Positions 25,216-39,465 of a stretch of DNA of 64,000 bases are shown here, piece after piece. The notes under the pieces were generated by a model. That model did not search any database. It was given only the letters and a program-made list of their open reading frames with translations, and was not told the DNA's origin. This stretch comes from Octopus sinensis. Taxonomy: Eukaryota. Position numbers and translations under genes: made by a program. The DNA is taken from assembly GCF_006345805.1 (NCBI RefSeq), contig NC_042998.1:9858001-9922000 (forward strand), in the 5' to 3' direction. Position 1 is the first letter of the stretch; each line of letters starts with the position of its first letter.

Positions 25216-27519
25216 GAAAGTATTTACCAAAAGACGGTGTTTTCCCAGCATTAAAAAAAAAAAACAAAGGAAAGAATTCTACTGTACTGTTTAGTGCGAA
25301 TTAGATACCACAAAGCGATGCTTCTCAAACTGGCAAATACTACGTCCTCAAAAAATATTAGAGAAATTTGGGGGCACCCTCTTAACGAGAAGACACATAA
25401 GAGTTTGCAACCACAGATTTAATATTCATTAAGGTTTTCGAACAAAGTTTAAAAGCTAGAGACCATTTGATATTCATTTAAACATAGCAATTTGTCCTTC
25501 TGTCTTTCACTCCTCATAGCGCCGTTCCTCTGAAAAACCCTGCTATATAGCATCCAGTATTGATGCTGTCGTCATTCATGACATAATTTGATTACATTCC
25601 TAATTAGCGTGAGTATAGCGTGGTTATTAATTAACTAGACGCATCGGGTGCTAATAGAAGAGAGGACGAATAACGGAAAATACACAATACAATTATTTTT
25701 CTGCAAAATTATGACCATACTTCATTGGATTCTACATTTTGCTGTCGAAAATACTTTCACCTTTTGACCTGAAGAAAACCTACTTCTGGCGAGGCAAATA
25801 CTTTAACGGGGGGCGCTGAAAACGAAAGAATATCTCTGATATAATATAGTGCAGAGGTAAGGTTTGTGTCCGGCATTCAAAAGTCCTCTGAAACGGATGA
25901 GATTGATATCGCAAATCGACAGGTGTAGGAAAAAGATGTGAAGGGAAGTAATTCCAGAATACCGACATTTTGGAAGGGACTGGGCGTGGTAGTTGGAGTT
26001 GTACACAATATGAGTACCGAGGGATGCAGGAGGTGGTCTGGGACTAACAAGTTCCAAAAAGTAGGGACCTCTTTAGTAGTAGTAGATAAGGAAGAGTGAA
26101 GACACAGCATATCTGTGGGCCAGAAGTTGGAGTGTGTGAGTGACTAAGATGAGTGGCTTTTCAATACACGTGATCTAGAATGTTAACTGTTTTATTTTGC
26201 CTGACTTGCTACGGTAAAGTTATCTTTGCACCTCTTGAGGCTGAGGGTTTTTGTTCTATGTATGATGTAGATAGACAAGCCTAAGAGGATAATTTCAGTC
26301 ACCTACCTTGTGTCTAATGGGTTAGTCTCATGCTGTCATGGATAGTTTGCATTAAATTAATTAATTATGCTGGGTTTCCACCCAGTCCTTAAAGACAATG
26401 CCATTTCTCCAAGCATCTTGATTCATCATTGCCACCTTCAGTTCATGGACTGAATATAATCTTATATCCTCCTTCAAGTTGTTGATGAGTCTGGTTTGAA
26501 CACTTGCAATTAAGCAAAGTCTGTTAAATGTATCCATGGGTCAGGTAGTGGTGTTAAACTAGGCAAATACTGTGCTCACACCTCCCTTAAAAAAAAGAAA
26601 AGGAAAATAAGTGGTTGGGCCCTCTTTACTACATACAATAAGACTACAAATATATGGTGATCCATGGTAAAACAATATGAGTACACATATATCTGCTTTA
26701 GCTACAAATATATAGACCCATTACTTTACAATTCAAGTTATATCTACTCTGTATAACAGTACATTCAGCCTTGCAATCATTAGACCTTCTTTAAAAATGC
26801 TGTATGATCTCAGAAGTATCATCAAGATACATGCTAGCAAGCAGCACCATGCACACTATCTTAATATATGTATGTAGGCATGTGTGGAAGCCCATCAGAT
26901 GTGTTTGTATACACACATACATCTGATAGGCTTCACACAGTTTCTGTCTAACAAACTTTATTGACAAGACTTTGGTCTACCTGAGGCTACAGCAAAAGAC
27001 ACTTGCCCAAGGTGTTGCACACAGATTGAGTCTGGAACTATATGATTGTGAAGCTAATATCTCAACCATAAACTCTTATTGATCACCGAGTGCAAGGTAC
27101 ACATCTGAGTGAACAAGAAATATATTTTTCATAATATTCATACATTTAAATATTTATAAATGTGCCAGTGGCACATAAAAGGCACCTGTGCCAGTGACAC
27201 GTAAAAGGCACTCAATACATTCTGTGGAGTGGTTGGCATTAGGAAGGGCATCCAGCCATAGAAACCAAGCCTAAACAAACTAGTGTGTGGTGCAGCTCTC
27301 CTGTTAAACCATCTAACCTATGCCATCATGGAAAATGGATGTTAAATGATGATGATGATGATAGTGAATTGGCAGAATTGTTAGAGCCTCAGAAAAAATG
27401 CCTTGTGATATTTGTCTGGCTCTTTGCATTCTGGGTTCAGCTGAGGTCAACTTGGCTTTTCCTCCCTCTGAGGTCAATTAAATATTTGGGACCACAAGCC
27501 ACCACAAGTTGTCTAGAAT

Positions 27520-27890
27520 TCTGACATTACCATTCTCTGGAATTTCAGTGTCCATATTGATAAGGAAATAGAGGCAAACAAGCCAGATCTCATTGTGAAA
27601 AGTCATATTGAAAAGACTTGTCTTCTGATTAATGTTACAGTACCAGCTGACAAAAACACATTTCTGAAGATATTTGAAAATTGAGAGCAAATATAAGGAC
27701 TTGATTGAAATCAGAAGGATGTGGTCTTTCAAAGCAGCAACACTACCTATTATTATTAGAGCACTTGGAATAATATCAAGAGGAGCAAACAAATTTGTAG
27801 ACCAAATCCCTGACAGCCCCAAAATAAGTGAATTACAAAAGATCATACTTATGGGTATCTTACATATTCTATGTAGATTCCTCTCCATAT
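27520..27890 (+). mobile_element. R4/Dong-like LINE restriction-like endonuclease relic
   Basis: ILWNFSVHIDKEIEANKPDLIV...VTVPADKN...KYKDL...IIIRALG...LQKIILMGILHILCRFL. Confidence 0.8.
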
Positions 27891-27891
27891 A

Positions 27892-28280
27892 CTCTTTACT
27901 CTTTTACTGTTTTACTTGTTTCAATCATTTGACTGCGGCCATGCTGGAGCACCGCCTTTAGTCGAGCAAATCGACCCTGGGACTTATTCTTTGTAAGCCC
28001 AGTACTTATTCTATCGGTCTCTTTTGCCAAACCGCTAAGTGACAGGGACGTAAACACACCAGCATCGGTTGTCAAGCAATGCTAGGGGGACAAACACTGA
28101 CACACAAACATACACGCACACATATATATATATACATATATACGACAGGCTTCTTTCAGTTTCCATCTACCAAATCCACTAACAAGGCTTTGGTCGGCCC
28201 GGGGCTATAGCAGAAGACACTTGCCCAAGATGCCGCGCAGTGGGACTGAACCCAGAACCATGTGGTTGGTTAGCAAGCTA
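27892..28280 (-). mobile_element. SINE family 2
   Basis: Family consensus match. Confidence 0.85.
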
Positions 28281-29582
28281 CTTACCACACAGCCACTCAT
28301 TCTGTATTGTCTTTTTTCTTTTCTTCCACAAACACCCCACCTTTGAATGCAAAATCTTGTTGTCTCTTGACATTTCTGGTTGAGACTTGGTTGCAACTAG
28401 TATAAGTCAGAGCAAAACTAAAACATAATAATGGCTTCTCATTTAGGTACAAGATCGTCAATTTTGAATGGAAGGGGTTGGTGAATTACATCAACCCATG
28501 TACTAAACTGGTACTTTATTTTATCAACCCTGAAAGAATGAAAAGTAAAATTGACCTCAGTGAGATTTGAACTCGAAATGTAAAGATTTACAAGAAATAT
28601 CATAAGATATTTTTCTGATGCTCTAATGAGTCTGCCAATCCACCAGCCTAATAATAATAATAATAATAATAATACCAACAACAACAACAACAACTGCCGC
28701 TGCCACCACAATAATTGTAAGAAGAAAAGGAAGAAGAAGAATAAATGCCCTGATGCAGTACCAGGCAGCGGCTCTCATGGCTTCTGATCTTAACTGAATG
28801 GAAGTGTTATCATGTACAGTGTTTTTTTCTTTGTATAAAAGATGGGCTACAGCAAATATTCTGCTCAATACCACAGATTTGCTTGTCAATTGTTTGACCT
28901 TAACCAGTTGAGCATGTCCCTTAGTGGCTGACAATACGTGCATCTCTGATCATGAGCAGAAGTAGTAGGGGGACCATCATAGCCATGTGTTGAGAGGGAT
29001 TCTTTGGGGTTTGAATAATTCACCTCTGGAAACATGGGTGTTTCGTTTTGAGAGGGATGGGCTACTCGACCTGAAGGAAATTCTAACTGGGCCCTGCCTG
29101 CAAAGTAATGTGCTGTTTATCTTGATATGAAATCACCACATCACACACATATGGTTGTGATGCATGTGCCTGGTGTACCCTTAGACAGGTAGTCTGATGG
29201 GTATATTGAGCTTTGTATATTTTACCCCAGTATCATTTTGATGGCATGCACTGCTCTCATCATCATTATCATCGTTTAACGTCCGTTTTCCGCACTAGCA
29301 TGCGTTGGACGGTTCAACTGGGGTCTGGGAAGCCAGGAGGCTGCATCGGGCTCCAGTCTGATCTGGCAGTGTTTCTACAGCTGGATACCCTTCCTAATGC
29401 CAACCACTCCATGAGTTAGTGGGTGCTTTTTACATGCCACCAGCACAGGTGCCAGGCAAGGCTGGCAGCAGCCATGATCAGTTGGTGCTTTTTACGTGCC
29501 ACCGGCACAGAAGCCAGTCAAGGTGGCGCTGGCATCGGCCATGCTCGGATGGTACTTTTTACGTGCCACCAGCATCTCACTC

Positions 29583-29615
<33 letters not shown>

Positions 29616-30609
29616 TAAAGTTTTCTGATTTAGATGCAAGGCCATCAACTTTTTATGGGAAGGGGTTAATGGATACCATTGACCCTAGTACTTGACTGGT
29701 ATTTTATTTTATTGATTCTGGAAGGATGAAAAGCAAACATGGAGTGGTCAATGGCAGGCATGAGCTTGAGGGCAGATGGTAAGAATGAGGAATTGATATG
29801 TACTCAATCATTCATGTCGAGGTTCTCAACATAGGCAATACTGCCCAAAGGGTGTGCTGGGCATGTCAAAGGGGACAGTAAGCTCTAGGAAGTGGTGAGG
29901 TAACATAATTAACACATTAAATTTTACCTTTAGTAGTAATTATATTAAACATGATAAAAACTTGCAATGTATAAATTAACTTTACAACATTTGTCTTCAT
30001 TAATCTTTATCATTTCAGTTGAAAGCTTATACAGCTCATATTTAGAGTAAAATTTATAAATTACCTTTCGTGTTAAATTAGTTTAGTTGTGATAACTCAA
30101 TTGACAATTAGGTGGTTGCTAGGCATAACATTAACAACTACTTAAATGGTGGTGGTGGTGGGCACTGCTAAAAGGGTTAAGAACTACTGATGTACTCTGA
30201 CACTGCATAACCAGAGTACGCTTGCTTCATTTCTTTCTAGTCTTCATAAGTCTTCTGCATTCAGGGCCTATATCTCACTACCATGTACCACTGCAGTTTA
30301 TATACAAGAATCATAGAGTCTACCTTCCTCCTGAGAGAGAAACCTTTTGTTACTAACAGTGGTGGCTCCTGTGCAGGTGGCACGTAAAAAGCACCATTTG
30401 GACGTGGCCGTTGCCAGTACCACCATGCTGGCACGTAAAAAGCACTCACTACACTCTCGGAGTGGTTGGCATTAGGAATGGCATCCAGCTGTAGAAACTC
30501 TGCCAGATCAGATTGGAGTCTGGTTCGCCAGACCTCAGTCGAACCGTCCAACCCATGCTAGCATGGAAAGTGGACGTTGAATGACGATGATGATGATGAT
30601 GAGTGGTAA

Positions 30610-31300
30610 TAACTCTCTGAACTTCCTTCAGTTTGTTCTTACACTGACTACTAGTCTTTCAGAACACCTTCCTCCACTGCTAATCAGGCCACTTAGATAA
30701 AAGCAAATATCAACTGTCTCTAAGGATCCTAGATATTTCAGAGAATCTATCTCCCATGTGGTCTTAGTGATTATTGCTTTTGTGCATATGTCACTTACAC
30801 AGTCTTTCGCTATCAACTTGCCTGTGATCCTACTGCACCTCTGCACCTCTTGTGTCTTGACAGTTTGTACTTGGTATACCGTACGGATTTTATGACTACT
30901 CTTTTCCTACACATTGAACAAGGTCATTTTCTTGGTGGAAGTAGAGTCCTGTCTGCTTTCATATTTACTAAAAGTTAGGGCTTTGCTAAGTTAACTTTGC
31001 TGTCCCTTAATACTAGACTTTGCTTCCATGTCTGGAATTTCTTTTCTAATTCTATTACAGATTCGGCTTTAAGAATGAGGTCATCAGCTCATAGCAATGT
31101 CAGTTTTGAAGCCTTTTTCAAGACCTCATCAATCTTTGTGTAACAGTGTTGAACTGCCTCAAGTTCCACTATTAGTTTGATATTACTTGGTGACCATAAT
31201 TAGGAGCAATTATGTTGAGGAGAAGAATTCTTCTGGCTGTATGCCTTATTCAATCTGGTTAAACACTAGTGCCCTCTCTCTACAATAGTTTTCAAGATTA
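30610..31300 (-). mobile_element. RTE-like LINE relic
   Basis: LETVDICFYLSGLISSGGRCSE...RTN.KFRELLPL. Confidence 0.6.
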
Positions 31301-32193
31301 ATGACATTCATGTTCTGGCACAGCCTAACACTTTCTGTATATCTCTTCCTTATACTTCCTTCTGTTCCTCTTTGTCTCTCTTCCTACCATTCTTTCTATC
31401 TCTTCTCTTACTTTTGTTTCTTCACTTTCTTTTCTTAAACCACCTTCCTCTTTCTTACTTTTTCTTTCTGCTTCTAATCTAACCCATTCATACCACTTTA
31501 ATTTTTACCTCTTTCTGTGAAAAACTGCCAAAATTTTGTAGATTTACTAATATCATAAGGGTGTCAACAGGATTTTTATTCCACCTTCTTATAAGGTGTC
31601 ACAAGAAACCAATCTTATCCCACCTTGTTAGGGTGTAGCAAGGGGATACATGCACATTCAAACATTTGACATGAGTATTACATATTGTGGTTTTACAAAT
31701 GGATCAAAAGTGCACGTACTTATTTCACTACTTCCTTGAAATTTAATTGGATATTACCATATGGGTTTGGAATTTGTAATGGGAATTATAGGCATTTCTT
31801 TCGACTACTTTTTGACTAGTGGCACATCTCTTGTTTCAAAACCATCATATTTGTGGCCTTGGTTTTAGCTGAAAAGCGCCCCCCATATATTTTGAAACAC
31901 ACCTTTGTACTCATGAATACAATTTGCTAGAAAGAGTAACCTTGACCTTAGAATGATAATAGATAAGTGAAACTTAGGCTTCACTTGTCATGGACACCTG
32001 ATTCATTAGACATGTACTTTGTACAATTAATGGTTATTTGAATAACCAGCTGCAAACCTAGAAATGTGTGTGTGTATACTCATATAATTTGAATTCCTAC
32101 TGGGTCGAAAAGAGGTAGACTCACTGCTTGATGCTTCTATTGGAAGCTATGACAGAGTGATGCAGCTGATGTCATAGAATTGTTTAACCTTGA

Positions 32194-32600
32194 AAGGCGG
32201 CGAGCTGGCAGAAACGTTAGCACGCTAAGCAAAATGCTTTGTGGTATTTCATCTGCCGCTACATTCTGAGTTCAAATTCTGTCGAGGTTGACTTAGCTTT
32301 TCATCCTTTCGGGGTCGATTAAATAAGTACCAGTTACGCACTGGGGTTGATGTAATCGACTTAATCCGTTTGTCTGTCGTTGTTTGTCCCCTCTGTGTTT
32401 AGTCCCTTGTGGGTAGTAAAGAAATAGGTATTTCATCTGCTGCTACAGACTGAGTTCAAATTCTGCCGAGGTCGACTTTGCCTTTCATCCTTTCGGGGTC
32501 GATTAAATAAGTACCAGTTATGCACTGGGGTCAATATAATCAACGTAATCCGTTTGTTTGTCCCCTCTGTATGTAGCCCCTTGTGGGCAGTAAAGAGATA
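32194..32600 (+). mobile_element. SINE family 1 dimer
   Basis: 18-bp TSD AGAATTGTTTAACCTTGA at 32176-32193 and 32601-32618. Confidence 0.9.
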
Positions 32601-33229
32601 AGAATTGTTTAACCTTGATGCCCTCAAGAAGAAACCTATGCCTCCTGCCATCTCAAGTTTATTCAGAGATATTAACATCCATGCAATTTGAATGGCAACG
32701 CCATAGATAGATTCAAGAAGGACCTGACAGTCAGACTCAAGAAGCTTGACTTAAATATAACTATCATCACCATTCTAATAATAGTTATTTTTGTAGTTGT
32801 TATATTAGATCCTAGGCAAATACTACTCTTATAGGGAGCCACAAGAACTCTAATAATTAGGAACCTAGTGGCAGATATAAGCAGTTGAGTTTCTTACTTA
32901 TACCCTTTTGAAAATTTTCAACAGAGCAGCTCCCTAATATGACAAAGTAATAGCTAGGAGTGATTCTAGTGAGAAGTTAGTTTATATAGGAAATTCCCTT
33001 ACCTGTCCTGCATGCAAAGAGTGTCCAGAAGCAGAAAGTAATCTAGTTTATTTCCTCTACCCCATAATTTAGACATCATTATTTAAAATGCCAAGAAGTT
33101 CCTGTTTCTTGTAAAGTACAACTTTTGAACTATACACGAACACCACAAACGTCTTCAACACAGATAATGTTAGGTGTTCTTATTAAGAAAGTATTGCTTC
33201 TTGGATTGTTGGGTACAGAACTGCCATTC

Positions 33230-33590
33230 ACTTAATGTAGATGGAACTCATAGAAGAAAGAGATCCAAGAAAACATGGGATGAACCATTAAAGGCTGATC
33301 TCAAGACACTGAGCCTTGTGAAGGAGGTGATAAAAAAACCAAGACATCTGGCACCTTGCTGTATTGAAGAAGATCGATCCACAGAATCGATACTGGTGAT
33401 AGTGTCACATAAAAAGTACCCAGTACTTTCTGTAAAGTGGTTGACATTAGGAAGGGTGTCCAGCTGTGGAAACCATGCCAGAACAGACAACAGAACCTAG
33501 TGTGGTCCTACCAGCCTTGCTGGCTGCTGTCAAACCGTCCAACCCATGCCAGCATGGAAAACAGACATTAAATGATGATGATGATGATGA
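33230..33590 (+). mobile_element. RTE 3' fragment of the same family
   Basis: KKTWDEPLKADLKTLSL followed by the Nin-like block and (GAT)n. Confidence 0.75.
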
Positions 33591-33656
33591 CATCCCTTAC
33601 TCCAGCAACTAATTTGTAACTGCTGAAATGAAGTTCCTTGCCAGTGGATAGGACAT

Positions 33657-33965
33657 TCATTATCATCGTTTAGCGTCTGCTTTCCATGCTGGCATGGGTT
33701 GGACGGTGCAACTGGGGTCTGGGAAGCAAGAAGGCTGACCAGGCCCAGTCTCATCTGGCAATGTTTCTATGGCTGGATGCCCTTCCTAACGCCAACCACT
33801 CCGTGAGTGTAGTGGGTGCTTTTTACGTGCCACCGGCACAGGTGCTAGGTGAGGCTGGCAAACGGCCATGGTCGGATGATGCTTTTTATGTGCCACCGGC
33901 ACGGAGACCAGTCGAAGCTGGCAATGGCCACGGTCAGATGGTGCTTTTTATGTGTCACTGGCACA
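33657..33965 (-). mobile_element. RTE-family 3' UTR fragment
   Basis: Reverse complement of the 51.6-52.1 kb 3' UTR. Confidence 0.8.
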
Positions 33966-34017
33966 TGTATGTATATATATATATGTATGTATATATATAT
34001 GTATGTATATATATATG

Positions 34018-34090
<73 letters not shown>

Positions 34091-34229
34091 GTATATATAT
34101 ATAATGTATGTATATATGTATATATATATATATGTATGTATATATATATATATGTATATATTATATGTATGTATATATTATATGTATATATATATATATG
34201 ATGTATATATATATATGTATATATATATG

Positions 34230-34265
<36 letters not shown>

Positions 34266-34360
34266 TGTATATATATATGTATGTATATATATGTATATAT
34301 ATATATATGTATGTATATATATATATGTATGTATGGATGTATATATGTATGTATGTATGT
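33965..34360. repeat. (TA)n/(TATG)n microsatellite
   Basis: Direct reading. Confidence 0.95.
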
Positions 34361-35019
34361 ATTTGTGTGTCTGTGTTTGTCCTCCTACCATCGCTTGACA
34401 ACTGATGCTGTTGTGTTTACATCCCCATAACTTAGTTGGGATTGATTTGTTCAGCTAAAAGTAGTGCTCCAGCATGGCAACAGTCAAATGACTGAAACAA
34501 GCAACAAAAAAAAAAAAGAAATGTTTGTTCAAGTGTATTTGAATTCTATAAACGATCGAGCCTATTTGTATTTTAAGTAAAATAAAGTCTTCTAGTGCAA
34601 GCTGTGCCGTATAAACCTTGAACCTTCTGTTTAAGCTTGCATTGTAAATTATGTCTAAGTCAATAGCTTTTCATCTTGCTTCATGACTGACACGCATTAA
34701 ATGAAATGTCTGAATTATTAAGTTGTAAACATGCTTTGAAATATTTACTCACTAATTATTTATTTAACTTTGATTTTTTTCCTCTATACAATTGAATCTT
34801 TTACTTGCCTTTTCCCCCTCCTTCTTTTTCTTCATTACTTCCAATTTTTTTCAATATTCCATTTTTACAATGCTGGGTTATTTCCCTTGTGTAATGTGAC
34901 CCCCCCCCCCTTTTTTTTTTTTTGCTCACATGTACTCACAAACATACATTATCTTCCTCTCTGTATTCCTTTTCAAAATTTTAAAAAAAGCCTTCTCGTT
35001 TTTCTTTCCCTTTAATACA

Positions 35020-35570
35020 TTCATATCATCATCATCATCGTTTAACGTCCACTTTCCATGCTAGTACGGGTTGGAGGATTTGACTGAGGCCTGCCGAATT
35101 AGACGGCTGCACCGGACTCCAATCTGATCTGCCAGAGTTTCTACAGCTGGATGCCTTTCCTAACGCCCTCCACTTTGAGAATGTAGTGGGTGCTTTTATG
35201 TGCCACCGGTCCGAGGGCCAGTCAGGCGGTACTAGCAATGGCCATGCTCAAATGGTGCTTTTTATGTGCCATCTGCACAAGTGCTAGTAAGGCGACGCAG
35301 GTAACGATCATGCTCGAATGGTGTCTTTTTATGTGCCACCGGCATGGAGGCCAGCTTGTTGCTCTGGCAACAATCACGCTTGTATGGTGCTCTTAGTGCT
35401 CCACAAGCACGGATGCCAATCATCGAATTTGATTTCGATTTCACTTGCCTCAACAGGTCTTTGCAAGCAGAGTTTAGTGTCCAATGAAGGAAAGGTATGC
35501 ATAAGTGGGCTGGTTACACCCTTGGCGTAGGCCACAAGGTTATGGTCTCACTTGAGCTTGCCACGTCTTA
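35020..35570 (-). mobile_element. RTE-family 3' UTR fragment
   Basis: (CAT)n start, Nin-like block and tandem units in reverse. Confidence 0.8.
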
Positions 35571-37504
35571 TCGAGCACAGCATATTTCCAAATTTATATC
35601 TTTCATATTTACCTTTTCGTATATTCTATATTTATATATATATATATTTTTTTGTTCTTCTGTATACAGTTTTTTCATTGTTTTTTTACTTACTTTCTTC
35701 CTCCTCCTTTTCTAACTGACATATCTGTCCATTCCCACCTCTTCATTTATTTTGAATATGTTTATATGCCACTCAGAAAGCTCTTTTTGTTACAATTTTA
35801 TCATTCAAAATTTGTCTAGACATTTAAATGTTTCCATTATGTTACTTGAATATCTATGCAAATTAATGTATTTTAACCATCTTTCTAATGTTTCATTTCT
35901 CATAATCATTTAATGATTCAGAATGAAAAGCTCAGAGTAATGATTTGTGAAATTTCAGTTTCAATAAGTTATAATATATAACTCTGTTTTCAGTATTGAG
36001 CACTCTCTTGTACACATTGTGCTTTTATAGGAAAGTTTGAAGGAAAACTAACAGATATTGTTGCTAAGAATATAGTGTAAGTAAATCTACATCTCCAAAC
36101 TTCAGTGATGTTACAGTTAATAATAATAATAACAACAACAACAACAACAACAATAATACTTTCTACTATAGGCACAAGGCCTGAAATTTTGGGGCTGGGG
36201 ATAGTCAATTACATTGACCCCACAGTACTCAATTTATACTTATTTTATCAATCCCGAAAGGATGAAAGGCAAAGTTGACCTCGGTGAAATTTGAACTCAG
36301 AATGCAAAGACATGAAATACCACTAAGTATTTCACTTGGTGTGCTAACAATCCTGCCAGCTTGCTGTCCTCAGGCATATTCCTTATCACAGAACAAAGAT
36401 TTCTAAACCAGAAAAATTTTATCATGAAAAGACAGTGGATATCCCAGTTGGAGTCAGAAGAGGTTTCCAAAACAGTATAAGTGAAAGAACTTGGTTATGT
36501 AGAAAGAAAATTGAACAAGCGATAGCAAAGAGCCTAATAAATCAACTGGAGGGAAATAATAAGCAGGATGAAAAAACAGTTTTCTTTGTTGGAGGAAAGG
36601 ATGTCACAGAAGGAGAAAGGAGCTTATTACAATGGCTGAATGAAATATGGACTTGTGAAAGAAAGAGATTACCAGCCTTGATAAAAATCGAAAGTGAAAA
36701 ATTACATAAAGTAGTAACAAAACTGGATGATCTCATCATCATCATCATCATCATTTAGCATCTGCTTTCCATGCTAGCATGGGTTGGACGGTTCAACTGG
36801 GGTCTGTGAAGCCAGAAGGCTGCACCAAGCCCAGTCTGATCTGGCAGTGTTTCTACGGCTGGATGCCCTTCCTAACACCAACCACTCCGTGAGTGTAGTG
36901 GGTGCTTTTTATGTGCCACCCGCACAGGTGCCAGATGGAGCTGGCAAACGGCCATGGACGGATGGTGCTTTTTACGTGCCACTGAAATTTCACAGATCAT
37001 TACTCTGATCTGTTAGTGAAAATCTATACTGAAAATATAATAGCTCCTAGTGACCTCATATATGGGGCAGTCTCTGTTACAATAGACATTCTTGAGGTTA
37101 AAAGTCAAGGAAAAGCAGGAGACGAAGACCTCTGGTGGAAATGGAGGTTTGAAAATCAAGTTGAACAGCTCAGATCTTGAAGGATAAATTAAATGAATGA
37201 AAAGGTGCTGAAAGAAAGACATAGGAATGAGCTCCAAAGAAACTACAACATTAGACACAGAGACTTACCTGTAACTAAAGAAGATATAAGACAAGAAGAG
37301 ATATTCTCTTTTTACTCTTTTACTTGTTTCAGTCATTTGACTGCGGCCATGCTGGAGCACCGCCTTTAGTCGATCAAATCGACCCCGGGACTTATTCTTT
37401 GTAAGCCCGGTACTTATTCTATTGGTCTCTTTTGCCGAACCACTAAGTGACGGGGACGTAAACACACCAGCATCGGTTGTCAAGCAATGCTAGGGGGACA
37501 AACA

Positions 37505-38670
37505 CACACACACATACATATATACGACAGGCTTCTTTCAGTTTCCGTCTACCAAATCCACTCACAAGGCATTGGTTGGCCCGGGGCTATAGCAGAAGAC
37601 ACTTGCCCAAGATGCCATGCAGTGGGACTGAACCCGGAACCATGTGGTTGGTTAGCAAGCTACTTACCACACAGCCACTCCTGCACCTATATATATGGCA
37701 ATATTATGTAATAAAAAAGAAAACAAAAAGAAACTAGAAACCAGTAAAGACTAAACCAGTATCAGCAGGAGAGGCTCCTCAGAAGCAATGAAAGGAGATT
37801 TTATCAGAACAATGAGAAGGAACATTGGGCGAAAGATATGCCAAATGGTGTAGCAGTAAAGAACTTTTAATCTTTCACTTGTTTCAGTTATTTGACTGCG
37901 GCCATGCTGGAGCACTGCCTTTTAGTCAAGAAAATCGACCCAGGATTTACTCTTTGTAAGCCTAGTTCTAATTCTATCAGTCTGTTTTGCAGAACCGCTA
38001 GGTTACGGGGACATAAACACACCAGCATCGGTTGTCAAGCGATATTGGGGGGACAAACACAGACACACAAGCATATACACACACACACATACATATATAC
38101 GACAGGCTTCTTTCAGTTTCCGTCTACCAAATCCACTCACAAGGCATTGGTTGGCCCGGGGCTATAGCAGAAGACACTTGCCCAAGATGCCATGCAGTGG
38201 GACTGAACCCGGAACCATGTGGTTGGTTAGCAAGCTACTTACCACACAGCCACTCCTGCACCTATATATATGGCAATATTATGTAATAAAAAAGAAAACA
38301 AAAAGAAACTAGAAACCAGTAAAGATTAAACCAGTATCAGCAGGAGAGGCTCCTCAGAAGCAATGAAAGGAGATTTTATCAGAACAATGAGAAGGAACAT
38401 TGGGCGAAAGATATGCCAAATGGTGTAGCAGTAAAGAACTTTTAATCTTTCACTTGTTTCAGTTATTTGACTGCGGCCATGCTGGAGCACTGCCTTTTAG
38501 TCAAGAAAATCGACCCAGGATTTACTCTTTGTAAGCCTAGTTCTAATTCTACCAGTCTGTTTTGCAGAACCGCTAGGTTACGGGGACATAAACACACCAG
38601 CATCGGTTATCAAGCGATATTGGGGGGACAAACACAGACACACAAGCATATACACACACACACACACATA
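37505..38670. repeat. 575-bp tandem duplication bounded by family-2 SINEs
   Basis: 37526 aligns to 38101 and 37741 to 38316; I saw only about 3 substitutions. Confidence 0.9.
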
Positions 38671-38722
38671 CATACATACATACATACATATTATATATAT
38701 AAAAACATACATATATATAAAA

Positions 38723-38759
<37 letters not shown>

Positions 38760-38859
38760 CATACATATATAATATATATTATATATATATATATATATAA
38801 AAACATACATATATATATATATATATAAAAACATACATATATATATAATATATATAAAA

Positions 38860-38933
<74 letters not shown>

Positions 38934-39131
38934 TATATATATATTATATATATATATATAAACATTAAACATACTATATATATATATATAATAATATATA
39001 TAAAAACATATATATATATATATATATAAAAAACAACATATATATATATATATATAAAAACATACATATATTTATATATATATATATATATAGATATATT
39101 ATATATATATTATATATATATATATATAATA

Positions 39132-39187
<56 letters not shown>

Positions 39188-39192
39188 ATATA

Positions 39193-39260
<68 letters not shown>

Positions 39261-39264
39261 AATA

Positions 39265-39298
<34 letters not shown>

Positions 39299-39465
39299 AT
39301 ATTATAATATATATATAATATATATATATATAAAAACATACATATATATATATATATATATATAAAAACATACATATATATATATATATATATATAAAAA
39401 CATACTATATATATATATTATATATATATAAAAACATACATATATTTATATATATATATATATAT
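38650..39465. repeat. Expanded (TA)n tract with tataaaaacataca units inside a family-2 SINE
   Basis: Direct reading. Confidence 0.95.
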
